From assembly GCF_016433145.1 (NCBI RefSeq), contig NC_058130.1, positions 732,123,332 to 732,187,331 of the forward strand: DNA of 64,000 bases, written 5' to 3'. This document shows positions 10,931-24,290 of the stretch, piece by piece (positions within the stretch are counted from its first letter, which is position 1; each line of letters opens with the position of its first letter). Made by a program: the position numbers and the translations under genes. This DNA is from Gracilinanus agilis. Lineage: Eukaryota. The notes beneath the pieces were generated by a model that was not told where the DNA came from, ran no database searches, and was given only the letters and a program-made list of their open reading frames with translations.

Positions 10931-11038
10931 GATATCACAGCCCCATTAAACCCAGTTACAAGGCCTTGTTACAACAGAGTACTAAATGTCACTTCAGTCA
11001 CGGGAGCCAAACAAAAACTGGGTCCCGAGGCTGCCTCT

Positions 11039-11161
<123 letters not shown>

Positions 11162-11256
11162 TCACTCCATATGGATATGCAGGACAAGCCCAATGGAGAA
11201 ATTCAACAATTCAGACTCTGTACCCCTACCCACCCCCTGCCAAGTCCCGGGCATAC

Positions 11257-11359
11257 TTGCGGCAGATCATCTTGTCACAGTTGTACTTCTGGGCCAGCTG
11301 GCGAAGGGAAGGCTCAATGATGCCCCCTCGAAGACGCAGCACCAAGTGCAAAGTGGACT
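11257..11359 (-). CDS. UBA52: UBA52 exon 4, [13 protein letters not shown]|[22 protein letters not shown]
   Basis: ttctcag|AGTCC...CGC AA|gtatgc; 103 bp; ubiquitin C-terminal LRLRGG fused to RPL40. Confidence 0.98.
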
Positions 11360-12658
11360 CTGAGAACAAATCAAAGCACCTGTAAGTACCAATGATGTAC
11401 ATGGCACTAGGGATGGGGTACAGAGAGTGAGAAACATAATAACCATGACCTAAATGAGGAGACAAGTCTAAGAGGATCTAGATTACTGAGCACAGAGACA
11501 GCTAGTGGCCCAATGGAGAGAGCCCTGGGCCTGGAGTTAGTAAGATCCAAGTCTCATACCTGTACCAGTTTTATGATACCAGGGAAGCAAGAAGTCAGTA
11601 CACCTATCTGTCTTAACAGTAAAAGAGGAACAGCAACAGTACCTACCCTGAGGGTGGTATTAAGCACTAAAGACACTCCAAGACTCCTAAGGAGAAACAT
11701 AACTGTCCTCTGGAGATACAACATGCCAGTGAGCACAATGAGTAGCTAAAAGAACAGAATGTAGGGCTTGGGAGTCAGGCAGATGAGAGTTCAAATCCAG
11801 TCTTAAGACATTAACTCTAGGTGACCCTGGCAAGTCACTTAACCCTGTCTGCCTCAGTTTCCACACCTATGAAATGAGCTGGAGAAGGAAAGGGCAAACC
11901 TTTCCAGGATATGCCAAGAATATCCCAAATGGGTTCATAAAGAGTTGGACAAACTGAAACATTCAAACAACAAAATAACACAGTGCCTGATATAGTATGC
12001 ACCTTCCTTATATATGAGAAAAGGGATATAAAAAAATCCACAGTACATTTGAGAGGAATCTCTCCTGCTAAAGATAATAAAAATATTGTATCTTTTCAAG
12101 ACGATTTCAAATTAAATTCATGTGATTATAGACCACTAATACTATAGGTAACACAATAAAAAAAACAAAACAACATTGTCCCATTCCTGAAAATATAATC
12201 TAGTTAAGAATTGAATAAAGATTTCTAGAAAATCTATTATATTCTTTGGCAATATCATAAGCTTGTTCCCCCAAACTATTAAAAACTTATTTTATATAGC
12301 TCCAAGTGGGCTTTCCTCACAACACTCTGAGAAGTAGGGAAGTACTAAAATTGAGATCCTATTTGGGGTCATTACAGATGAGGAAAGTGAGGCAAACAAT
12401 GTTAAGTAGCTAATGTTGGAGGCCAGATTTGAACCCAGGGAAGAGTCTTCTTGACTCCAGACCTGGTACTCCATCCACGGTGCCATTTAGATGCCCCTAT
12501 TAAGTATTAGTGGTCCTATTTTGCAGATAAGGAAACTATAGAGCTCAGAGAAGTGACTTGCCTAGGAACACACAAGTATTTAACAGATGCTTAATGATGC
12601 TTCTGACTCCAGCATCCTTTCTTTTCTATGGCTATGTTACCGGATTTCCCTATCACTA

Positions 12659-13234
<576 letters not shown>

Positions 13235-14399
13235 TCATCCAATCATTTATTTTCTACCTTAGTCTTTCAGTCTTCTCCCGAGTTCCAATTGGTGAAATCT
13301 CTCACAAGGGACCTTCTCCTTACTTTGGCCTAAACCAGCTTGGCTACCTTTTGTTTCCCCTGAAATTCCTGGACAAGATTCTCATCTATATCCAGCTCCA
13401 ACAAGTTTCTCCGACCCCACATACCAGACAGTATGACCTGTCCTTTAGTACCAGTCCAACTCACCCAAGTTCCAGCTTCTTTTCAGAAATTTGCCTAAAT
13501 TTCTCCCAAAACTTGTCCCTGACTAGCTTCTGTTTCTAAGCAGTTTAGAGTTGTCTTTAAAGTTCTGCAGCAAAAAATTTTTTTAATCTATTTTACATTT
13601 TTTTTTTGCTGGGAAAGGGCTATCAGTGAAACTAAATTTGGAGTCAGATCACTTGAATTCATATCTACCTATATTTCTAGTAAATTATTTAACCCCTCTG
13701 AGCCTTGACTTCCTCAGCTCTCTAAGTGTGTGAATGGGGAAGAACAAACTAGATGATTTCTAAGGTTCAACTCTGAAATCTAAAATTCTAAGCTCCTTTT
13801 ATTTCTCTCTTGTTCTAGTTTCACCCTCCCCCAATGCAGCACTTTTTTTCTGCGTTTTATGTCAGTTCTGGTCTTCCCCAGTCAGCACTTGTCCCCCAAG
13901 GGGATACAGGGCACATGCTCAGAATACCCATGGTTTCAGTGCCTGAGGTCCTTTCCAATCCTGTCCCCAGCATGTCTTGACCAAAGGTCCACACTGCTAG
14001 AAGGAACAATCCCTCATTTTAAAGAGGGGGGGACACACTGCGGGGATCCAGAGGTTTTTCTGACCCTTTCCCCTATGCAGCCAGAACCCAGCCTCTCCAT
14101 CCTGCATTCTAGAAGAGGGACCAGAAAGGATCTGGTGATTTCACCAATGACTCATCCGTGTATCTTGGCAGCGGTAGCAAGCACACCCGAGAACAGAGCG
14201 ATGGCACAGCCAGTGAACCTCATGCTGGATGGGACCTCATTTGTCCTTCCAACTAATTGCTTATCGATCTCAGTGAGCTGTCCCGAAGTGGAATGGGCTG
14301 CCTCGGCAGGAACTGATCTCCTCGTCCCTGGAGGGCTCCAGGAGGTCACAGGTCCTCTGGTGAGGAGGCGGTTCCATGGAAAGACGGGGTCCGAGAGAA

Positions 14400-14900
14400 A
14401 GCCCAGGCCCAAGCTAGCGCGGTCCCGCTCGCTCCCTGCCCCCAGGCCTAGACGGGCCCTCGCCCCGCAAGCCTCGGCCTCCCCACCTGGGCCCTGCCTC
14501 TGCGGTTTCTCGGACACGGCCCAACTTCCCCGCGTCGCTACCCTCCCTTGGGCCCAGTTCCCAGCCCCGGCCCTGTGTCTCCCGCCCCACAGTCGGCCCC
14601 TACCCCGGTTAGCAACACGCACCCGCTCGGCCGCCTCGCTGGAGAGAAAGAGGCCACCGGAAGCGGAAACCGCCGCTTCGCTGCCTTTCCGCGCCTGCGC
14701 GCCCAAGCCCCACCCCGCTGCAGGGATCCTCACGTCACAATCCCGCCAGGCCCCGCCCCCCTCGGCCTCATTTCCGCTCCCGTCGCGGCCATCTTGGAGG
14801 CGGGCGCGTGACGCCAGCCCACGTCCTGGCAGAAGACTTCCTTCTTATCCAGCCGCAGAACGAGGTCATGTCATGAGGCTACCAAAGCCGCGTGAGATCA
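14400..14900 (-). promoter_or_regulatory. UBA52: CpG-island promoter of UBA52 with tandem ETS/GABP sites, YY1 site and GC boxes
   Basis: CCGGAAGCGGAAAC 14657-14670; GCGGCCATCTTG near 14785-14796; ccccgcccc. Confidence 0.8.
14623..14652 (-). promoter_or_regulatory. UBA52: UBA52 non-coding exon 1 with 5'TOP / TCT-type start
   Basis: Minus strand cctctttctctccAGCGAGGCGGCCGAGCGG|gtgcgt; pyrimidine start typical of ribosomal-protein genes; resembles the human UBA52 5'UTR. Confidence 0.85.
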
Positions 14901-15440
14901 TAGGATCTTAGATTTTAAAGCTAGAGAGTACCTTTCAGGTCTCTAGACCCAAGCTCCTCATTTTACAGATGGGAAAACTGAGACCCAAACAATAAGTTAC
15001 TTTTGTCCCAGACTCGGATTAAATTCAAACCCAATACCAGCTCTCTGTCTATTTCATTACACTCTCTCTAATAAGGGTCATTTACTCAAACTCGGTCCCT
15101 CATTTTACAAATAAGGAAATTGAGGCCCAGAGAAGTGACTTGACGAAGGCCATATTTGTAAATGGCAGAACAAGGATTCAAAGCCAGATCTTCTGCATGC
15201 AAATCTAAGCCTGTTCCAAAGCATGCTTCCAATTCAAAAGTCTATTTCTCTTTTTATTTTTTAGTTTTATTTTTTAAACCTTTATCTTCCATCTTAGAAT
15301 TAATACTATGTACTGATTCCAAGGCAGAAGAGGAGTAAAGGCTAGACAATGGAAGTGACTTGCCCAGGGTCACACAGCTAAGAAGTGTCTGAGGTCAGAT
15401 TTAAATCCAGGATCTCAACATCTCCAAATCTTACTTTCTA

Positions 15441-15635
15441 TTTTTTCTTTTTCTTTTTTTAAACCCTTAACTTCTGTGTATTGGCTCTTAGGTGGAAGAG
15501 TGGTAAGGGTGGGCAATGGGGGTCAAGTGACTTGCCCAGGGTCACACAGCTGGGAAGTGTCTGAGGCCGAATTTGAACCTAGGACCTCCCATCTCTAGGC
15601 TTGACTCTCAATCCACTGAGCCACCCAGCTGCCCC
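15441..15635 (-). mobile_element. SINE1_Mdo-type SINE
   Basis: Reverse complement of ggggcagctgggtggctcagtggattgagagtcaagcctagagatgggagg...aatacacagaagttaagggtttaaaa. Confidence 0.85.
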
Positions 15636-16559
15636 TCTGGTCTCAATAGGTCCTTACTGATCAATTGAACAAACATTTATTTATTATACTACTGCTATAT
15701 ACTGGGTTACCATGAATTTAAGAATTCAAAAACAAAAGTGAATCTTGTTCTTGCCCTCCAATAGCTAAGAATCTAGTTAAGGGTAGAGAGCATAAATATA
15801 CAAGACTAGAAGAAAAATGGTCAATCCCATCGGCTCTTCAAGGCCCCTCTTCGGTATTTTCTTTTGAATTCAGGTCTTCCTGACTCCAGACCTAGTATTT
15901 TATGCACTGGACCACCTAGCTATCACCTTTGTAGGGGTAGCTGAGACAACTACTAAATTTTCAGTATTTGCAGCTGAGAAATTCTAAAAGCCTACCAATC
16001 AGGGTTTGATTTTTTTGTTTTCTGGACTTAAGAAAGTGATGGAAAAAAAGAATATAGTCTCTTTTTGTAGGGTTAGTCGTTAAACAATTACCAGCATATT
16101 CCAGAGGAGAAGGCACTAGCAGGTGAGGAGAATCAGGAAAGGCTCCATGTAGAAGGTAACATTCAAGCTAAGCCTTTTCTTTTTTTATCCTTACCTTCTA
16201 TCTTAGAAGCAAAACTGTGTATTGGTTCCCAGGCAGAAGAGAGATAAGAGCTAGGCAGTGGGGGTTAAGGGACTTGCTCAGAGTCACACAGTTAGGAAGT
16301 GTCTGAGGTCAAATCTGAACCCAGGCCCAAGCCCTCTTATCTCTAGGCCTGGCTTTCAACCACTGAGCCACTTAGCAGCTCCCTCATGCTTAGCCTTGAG
16401 AGAAGCCAGGGGTGGCAGTGTATTCCAGGCAGGGGTACTAGGAATGGACTGCTCTCCAATTAGTCACTGAGTCAATAAGTCATAAGTGCTTGCTAAAAGC
16501 AACACTGTGCTAAGCCCTAAGGGGAGAAGGGGATGATATGAAGAAAAACAAAAAATATA

Positions 16560-17700
16560 TTTTTTAACTTTAAATTTAATTTTATTATTTTTAGGAAGTT
16601 ATTTTTAGGAATAACAAGTTTTCACTTAAGTTTTCCAAAGTCATATGATCCAAATTGTCTTCTTCCCTTTTCCCTCCCCCTTCCCAGAGATGGCAAGCAA
16701 TTCAATCTGGGTTATACATGTATTTTTGTGCAATACATATTTCCATATTATTCAAAATAAAAAATTTTTAAATAGGTCCTCCAGAGGCAACTAGGTAGCT
16801 CAGTGGATCAAGCTAAAGATGAGAGGTCTTGGATTCAAATCTTATCTCAGACACTTCCTAGTGGCGTGGCCCTTGGCAAGTCAATACTCAGTATTAATTC
16901 TACTATGGAAGGAAAGAGTTTTTTTAAAAAAATGGGTCTCATGGAGTTCACAATTTAACATATAAATATTTATACACAAACAAGTCATTTCAACAAATCT
17001 TAAGTTCTTACTTTGTACCAGACATTGTGCTGTACAAGATCGATAGGGACCTCTGGAGAAAGAACTGTTGGAGTCAGAATGTAGATCAAAGCATACTATT
17101 TTCACTTTAACTTACTTGTGCTTTTAATTTGGGGCTTGGGATTTATATGAGTAACCTCTTACAACAATGGCCAATATGGAAGTATGTTATGGCATGATAA
17201 TACATGTATAAACCAAATCAAATTGTTTGCCATTTCCAGGAGCAAGGAGGGAAGGGAAGGAGGAAGACAATTTGGACCATATAATTTCAGAAAATTTATG
17301 TTGAAAAATTGTTACTGCATGTAACTTGGAAAATAAAATATATATTAAAAATTAACTTTAATTTAAAAGATATATAGTGTAAATGGAAAATGTTTTGTAT
17401 AAAAAATATTAAATTCAATTTTATTTAGGGTTACTTCTTTTTTCCAACTCTCTCCCCCCCAAACCCCAATTGAGAAAGCATGAAAAACAAAGTTCCAATT
17501 ATAAACATGGATATTCAGACAAAACAAATTCCCGCCTTAGCCACATCCAAAAAAGTCCCAATCTTCATTGAGTCTCTCACCACTTTTTTAGGTGAGTATC
17601 CTGTTTTATCATGCATTCTCTGTAGCAGTTAAGAGTTCCTACGTCTTTCAAAATTTCTCATCTTTATAATATTCTTATTGTGTAAATTTTTTCTAATGGA
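16560..17700. mobile_element. Cluster of L1 3'UTR fragments with an embedded SINE (about 16787-16925)
   Basis: Typical marsupial L1 3' motifs (ggaaggaagacaatttggaccatataatttcagaaaa; gttactgcatgtaacttggaaaataaaa) in both orientations. Confidence 0.65.
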
Positions 17701-19383
17701 AAATAATCTTAGAAAGACAGGAAAGAGGGAAAGGCTTGCATCCTACAGAAGGTGAGGTTTCAGGTAAGAGCCTCTTTATGAAAACAGCAAGGTGGCTAAT
17801 GGAAGCTACCTAACAGAATTGATACACAGGAATCAATAGGTTACATGGCAAGATGCCTATCCTGGTTAAGTCCTAAGTTCTAGGTAGATGACTGAAAGGG
17901 TTGTGAAACATTGTCTCAGGCCAACTAGAAATACAGGGCTAACGTCTTCACTCACCCACTAATCAGGAGAGGTCAGTCCGAGTGCTAAACCTGCTCAGTG
18001 CCACTGAAAGTCCAGGTCTAAGGGTTACAATTCCAAGGGGAAGAGGGCAGCCACAAGGCAGTTGGCAAGGTGCCCTTGATGAAGACGGGCTACCTAGGTG
18101 GTGGCCGAAAGAGGGGTGAAGCATGTTCTACCCACCTCTTGGCTCTCTCTGGCCAAGGGTAAGGGGGGAAGGAAAGGTGAAGCAGCCACATTGACCCTGT
18201 CCTTATAGAGAAGTATTCTGATATCACTTCCTACCCCAGGCATGAATTGCTACTTCTCTTTGCCATTGACTCACTGAACATCCTTAGTATGACTGTTTAT
18301 CCACCTATAAAATGGAATTAGGATTGGGTGGCCCCCTGAGACCCCTTCCAGCTCTCAAATTCTAGATTATGGCCCTCCTTAGCCTTTTAATGATTCTCCC
18401 CTCCCCAAAGTCATGTTCCCAAAGCTCTGATCAGAACATAAATACCAGAAGTTTGGGCAGGGTAGGTGGGTGGGTGGGTGGGGGCAGTGGATCCAAACTG
18501 CTCACCAGCATTCAATGCCTTCTTTGCCCCTTCTTCCTGGACTCCCAGAGCTCCCCCTCCAAGGTTCACTTTGAGTTGCACTTTGTCTAAGACACTGTCC
18601 CCATCCCCACAGTTGTTAGTTCCAGGATTCCATACATCTTGTGTGTAGATCGTGTATTGATTACTTATGCATGTTCTATGTCCTCCCTTCCTTCCTCAGT
18701 ATGAGCTGAGGTTAGGAACTGACTCGAGTCAGGGGATAGAGATGGTAGTATCTGATGCCCGGGGGACAGGGAAGACATAGGATCGAGTCCTGTCTCACAC
18801 AGACATGTCCTGGCTGTGTGACTCTGAGCAAGTCACACTCTTGGTGTCCCCAGGCAACTCTTTGAGGCTATAAATTGCAAAAAAGGTGAAGAGCTGCTTC
18901 AGTAGAGGATGTTTCCTCACCCAAAAGTTCCCTGAACCAGTGAAATCCAGGTTGAGTTCTGTTTCTTATATACCTAGTGCAATAGATATTTCTTGTTCAT
19001 TAATCATCCAACCTCTCCCAACTGTTCAGACTAATCTCCTACACAGTCCAGTAAAAGACCCATCCCAGGGGTTACTAACCTCTTAACCCCAGTTTGGCAT
19101 CTGATGCCAAATGGACCACCTGGACAAAACAGAAGACCCCCTTCCACTTACCAACTCTTAAGGCTTTCAAAGCTCCACGTCCAGCCTTCTTTCCAGCTGC
19201 TGCTAGTAACAATCCCCACCACTCTTTTGGAAGCCCCAAAGCCATAGTTCTCTCTGTCCCCAGCCTGGGACCTACCCCTTCACCTGTTTCCCAACACCCA
19301 ATTGCTCCACTTTTCCCAGGCCCATGTTGTAGGAAGAAAGGCAGGATACAAGGTTCAGCCTGACCCTCGTAGCAACAGAGAAT

Positions 19384-19448
19384 TTTATTTATTTCCCCCA
19401 CAGTATGTGTAAACTTAGGGTACAAAAATAGTCAATTAAACTTTTATT
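19384..19448 (-). terminator. KXD1: Candidate polyadenylation signals of KXD1
   Basis: tttatt at 19384-19393 (overlapping pair) and 19443-19448, about 1 kb after the stop. Confidence 0.55.
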
Positions 19449-20413
19449 TCCAAAGATGTCCCTACCCACTGGGCTGAGGGCCCTGAGGGAGGGGGAGGAG
19501 GAGGAGGAGGAGGAGGCAGTGGCTTGGTAGTTCTTTCTCCTCTCTCCACAGAAAAATAAATGGTGGCTGGTCTCTGCTCAAGCACTATCCATGAGAGTAA
19601 ACAACTTCCTTTGAACTTCCATCTCAAAAACTTTCCTCGTTTCAAACAAGCCCTAAAGGTACCAACAGAAGAAAATACTTGGTGCCTAATATGTGTAAGC
19701 ATGAGCATGAATACATGTATATGTATGTGTGTATATGTGCCCAAGTACATGTTTTGTTTCTGTGTTTATGTGTATGTGTGCATTTGTGTGTGTGTCTTGT
19801 CTGTCTGTCTGTACCAGGAAGGAGAAGGGTTAGCATAAGCATGAGTTGAAGCCACAATCAGTGGCTTCCGAGTCGGGCCCTGGCTCTGGATTTCCTAACA
19901 GGAACAACTTCACTGAATTATGGACAACCGGCCTCTGAGCCACATTGCCCAGTCAAGTCTATGAGCTTTCTTGTTAACACAGGGCTCAGAACAAACCTGT
20001 GGGATGCCAAGACCCCTAGAAGTAGGTCTGGAAGAGCCCAAGCTTGGCTTCATATGTGCAGAAACACTAGGAACTGGGGTTGGGGGACAGAGAAGAAAGG
20101 AACTTGGGGAGCAAGATACCAGCAGAAAAGCATTAGCAAAAAAAAGCTGGGGAAACCCACTGTGTGACCATCCCCCCAACGAGGCTGGCCTAACCCCCAA
20201 CCTCTGACTTCAGGCCCAGGGGCATGGCTCCATGGCCCGCAAAGGCCAGAGAAGAATCCTTTCTGGAGTTGTCCCCCACCAGGTGTGTTGTTCTAAGCTG
20301 TGGGAGGACCAGCCAGGACCACCTTTCCAGGATGCTGGAAGATGGGAAGGCCCTCCTGTTTGTACCCTATGACGCATTGACTCCTTGGGACTTGGGGTAG
20401 AGGGCAGCTCCTC

Positions 20414-20667
20414 CTACTCCTGGGCCCTCTCACCACCATCCTCATCATCCTCATCACCTGTCAGACTCTCCCCATTCACAGCTGGGGAGTCCAGCCGACC
20501 TTGGGATAAATCTTCAAAATCTGGGCTCAGGACTGGAGAGATAATATCTGGGCTTGTGTCACACGACCCCGTACTCTGCTCTGAGGTAGCAATGGTGGTA
20601 GCTGAGCTGGCTGGGATGGGGTCCACATCATCATCTTCCTCTTCCAGGATGGGAGACTCATGGATAT
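20414..20667 (-). CDS. KXD1: KXD1 last coding exon, (H)[39 protein letters not shown]...RAQE*
   Basis: gacag|AT ATC CAT...GAG TAG; [18 protein letters not shown] identical to human KXD1. Confidence 0.95.
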
Positions 20668-21183
20668 CTGTCGAGGGGAAGAGTCATCAGTGTCAATTGA
20701 GTCACACGGGACTAGTAATCCATTCCTCCTGAGAAATCTAGAAAGAGGAGGAAGGGGTCCTGGGACACAACCAAAGGTGAAGAAGATGGAGGCTCCCCTC
20801 AAGGATGCCTCCTAATTCTTGCCCAGTCAGGAGGAGGAAGATCCCTGAGAAGGGTCCCAGGAGGTCAGCATATCTACACCCATAGACCCAGCTCCCCACC
20901 AATTTGGATCTTACTCTAGGACCACATAGACAATCTATTTAGGTTTAGGAATCAAAGAAAACTGGTCTACAATGAGGAATGTATATACCCTGGAGGGTCT
21001 GAGGAAGAAAGTCACACAGTTCTACTATTGGAAATGACCTTTGAGATCCTCTCTCCCCATCATTTTATAGATGAGGGAATTAAGACTGAAGGAGCAAAAG
21101 GACTTGCCCAAGGTTACACAGTAAACTATAAGGATGCCTGGAATATAAAATGCCAGAACTAGTAGAGCTCATGGTCTATAAAC

Positions 21184-21853
21184 TATAAAAATGGAATTAA
21201 CTCTCCCCTGCCCATTTTTAGATTTAATCACTAGAAGCTTATACATCCCACTTATCCTTAAGTGGGGGAGGTCTGTGACCCACATGTGTAATAGTGGGTG
21301 ATGAATCAGACTTGATTGACAACCCCCCCGACAACCCCCCCCAAGTCTTAAGCAAAGCTATAGCTGTAATTGGTCCACGTAAAGTGGAAGGAGGGCACAA
21401 GAAGTGACAAAAGGAATGGTCTTTAAAAGTGGCAAGAACTTCCTGTGACCAGCTCTTTTGCCTTCAAACTTGGCCCTGGAGGAGCTTCAGCTGGGGACCT
21501 TGGATTGCTCTTCGATTTTTCCCTTAGAACTACCACATGGGTGAGTGAAAAAGGTTGACTCCCTTTCCTGGTTTTTTTGAGAGGTACTAGCCTCCGAAGA
21601 GGCCCCTCATGTTGGAGGAAGCCTCTGCTAAAATCCTTGTTTAATTGACCCCCTAGGCCCTCCAGGGCTGGAGCAAATAGTCTTAGCTCCTTAAGCTAGA
21701 TTTCTTACTCTGCCCTCTTTCTCATTTCTCTACTTTCACTCTTTCCCTCTATTTTATGAATAAATTGCTAAAAAGTCATTCTGACTTGAGTAATAATTAC
21801 AGCAATCACATTTCTCATAAATTTAATCCAACTTTTAATTTTTAACCCTTGCA
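21184..21853 (+). mobile_element. Solo LTR (ERV1-like) in KXD1 intron 4, antisense to KXD1
   Basis: t(a)taaaaatgg...cccttgCA with perfect 4-bp TSD AAAC; homologous to 57812-58626; internal donor TGG|GTGAGT at 21541. Confidence 0.75.
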
Positions 21854-21882
21854 AAACCATAGGACTGCAGATCGGAGAGGAA

Positions 21883-22185
21883 ATTTAGAACAATTTAGAA
21901 AATTTAGAACAGAGTTCTGAGGGTCTTAGAACATGGTGTCAGAGCTGTAAAGGCTCTTAGAACCCAGGATGTCAGAGCTAGAGGGCCTTTAGAACACAGA
22001 ATATCAGGGCTAGAGGGGCCTTAGAACAGAGGATGTCAGAGCTGGGAGGACCCTTTGAACATAGAATATCAGAGCTGGGAGGGCCCTTAGAACATTGTCA
22101 GGACTGTGAAGGCCCTTAGAATCCAGAATGTCAGAGCTGGTAAGACCCTTAGAACAGAGAAGGTCAGAGCTAAGGGACTAGAACC
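21883..22185 (+). repeat. About 33-bp tandem array A (ttagaacNNaggatgtcagagctgggagggccc), about 9 units
   Basis: Recurring ttagaac...tgtcagagct...ggcc units directly visible. Confidence 0.9.
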
Positions 22186-22241
22186 CAGATCATAAATGGT
22201 TATAAATAAATCATAACTGATCAAGCCTTAGAGACACTTAC

Positions 22242-22288
22242 GACTAAAAGCATCTGGGTACTGCTTTGACAGCTTGGCTTTCAGAGTC
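22242..22288 (-). CDS. KXD1: KXD1 coding exon 3 (47 bp), TLKAKLSKQYPDAFS
   Basis: cttatag|G ACT CTG...AGT C|gtaagt; human TLKGKLARQHPEAFS. Confidence 0.93.
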
Positions 22289-22492
22289 CTATAAGAAAAA
22301 GGAGGGGAAAAAAAAAGCACAATTTAAATTCTTTACCACAGGTACTCTAGCATCCCCTGTGAGAACAGCCTTGGTCACCTCTCACCTGCCCTGCTTATAA
22401 TTTTATAGGCCCTTCCTGCTTTTGCTAGCCCCCCAGGGCCAGAGTCCCCCATCACTTCAAGACGGGCAGGAAAGGCAGAGCTGGCCACCAAC

Positions 22493-22645
22493 CTGAGCCT
22501 GCGGAAGATGCTGTCCAGGTCCTTCTTCATCTCCATCAATGTCCTGGTATGGTGTGTGAAACGCTCACTCATCTGCTGCATGCGGACGTTGGACAGGTTG
22601 TTAAAGTTCAAGAGCATTTCATTGGTTTTCTCAAATCGGTCCAGC
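22493..22645 (-). CDS. KXD1: KXD1 coding exon 2 (153 bp), [18 protein letters not shown]...[11 protein letters not shown] (KxDL motif)
   Basis: ttcag|G CTG GAC...CTC AG|gttggt; KxDL motif present. Confidence 0.96.
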
Positions 22646-24084
22646 CTGAATTTGGGGAGACCAGAAAGAAGAAGGGAACCAGATTAGTAGGCCCTGGGTA
22701 TATCTGAGAAGTCTCCTGGATCCTCACATAGGAGTCAAGGTTGAAGGGATACAGGGCTTGGAACTACAAAGTCCCCATCCAAACTTGCCTTGGATATTTA
22801 CCCCCTTTGTACCCCAGGGCAAGTCCCTTAACCTTGATGAACTTCAGTTTACTCATCTATAAAATAGGGAACTACTTGTAGTACCCATATCAGAGGATTG
22901 ATGTATTAATGTATTAAGCAAGATAAGCAAAAATTGTAAAGCACTACATAATCTTGGATATTACTGTTGTTACTATTATGAATTAGGATTAGGGGTGTTA
23001 TTATTGTTATACACACAGAGGAAATAACTTCTCTGCTGGTTGCTCCAGGTAGTATAATTTTTGTTATTCTCCATTTTACAGATCAGAAAGATAAAGAAAG
23101 AGAAGGATGCCTGTTTTCCTGGCATGGCTGTGCTACCACCAGATAGGGGCAGCTAGCAGTTAGCAAAGTGGTTAGAGCACTTGGCTTGGAGTCAGAAAAA
23201 TCTGACTTCAAATTCCAAATCCAGCCTCAAACACTTAATACCTATGTAACCCTGGATACCTCACTTAATTCTCACTGCCTAGCCCTTCCTGCTCTTCTGC
23301 CTTGGAACCAATATGCAGTATTGATTCTAAGAAGGAAGGTAAGGGTTTAGAAAAAATACTTGTGTGACCCTAAGCAAGCCACTTGGCCTCTGACTATCTC
23401 AGGTTCCGCAATTGTAGAATGGGAATAAAATAGCACTTATCTCCCAAGGCTGTGAGGTTTAAGTGAAATAATATTTGTAGAAAGTACCAACCTTTAGGCA
23501 GCTGGGTAGACAGAGAGCCAGGCCTGGAGTCAGGAGAATCTAGGATCAAAACTGGTCTCAGACACTTCCTAGCTATGTGACCCTGGGCAAGTCAGTTAAC
23601 TCCAATTGCCCAGTCCTTGCCCTTCTGTCTTAGAATTATTACTAAGCCATAAGACAAAAAGTAAGGATTTAAAAAATAAACTAAAAATTTAATATGTAAA
23701 TAAATAAATATATAATAAAAAATGAAATTTTAAAATAAAAATAAAATATTCACTAGACCCTAATCTTCTCTTTCCTCCTTTCTCAGTCAAATTCAATGAA
23801 AAAGTAGGCACTTACTGGTCTCTACTTTCTCTCCCCTCAATCACTCCTTCCCCCTCTCTACAACCCAGCCTCTAACCTCACCACTCAATTGCAAATGATC
23901 TCTACAGAGTTAACAATGAAAAACAAGTGGCCAAATAGAATGGCCTTCTCTCTACTTTCATCCCTCCAGAACTCCCAGCAGGATCTGACACTGTTGACCA
24001 TCCACTCTTCCTGGGTTTTTGTGATGCTACTCTCTCCCACATCCTCTTCCTACTGTCATTGCTCAGTACCATCCTGACAAACAG

Positions 24085-24290
24085 TTCCAGGCCTCCTTTC
24101 TTTTCTCTCTATTTGACCTCACAAAAGCAAATGTGAAAGGCTAACAGGCCCAAAATGAACTCCAAGAACTCCAAGAGAGGATCAAAAAACAAATAAAAAG
24201 AGACTTAGAAGAAAAATAAGAAAATGATAGAAGAAAGTCAAAAACTCACCAAAGAAAACAGATCTCTAAAAAAAGGGAATGAAAAACTTT
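24085..24290 (+). mobile_element. Probable degraded L1 ORF1 (coiled-coil) fragment
   Basis: A-rich gaactccaagagaggatcaaaaaacaaataaaagagac...aaactcaccaaagaaaacagatctctaaaa resembling L1 ORF1. Confidence 0.45.

Noticed and set aside
13859-14911. 350-aa + strand ORF over the UBA52 promoter, and similar long ORFs at 3730-4637, 5888-6472 and 62004-62832
   Set aside because: Low stop frequency in CpG islands; P/R/A/G-rich with no domain similarity
17855-17975. HDV-like ribozyme parse using cctatcctg/caggagagg as P2 and CTAA as J4/2
   Set aside because: No matching P1/P3 or L3 CC register could be built
18076-18221. Box C (TGATGA) and box D (CTGA) as a C/D snoRNA
   Set aside because: Box C lacks the purine, spacing is about 140 nt, terminal stem is poor, and it is not intronic
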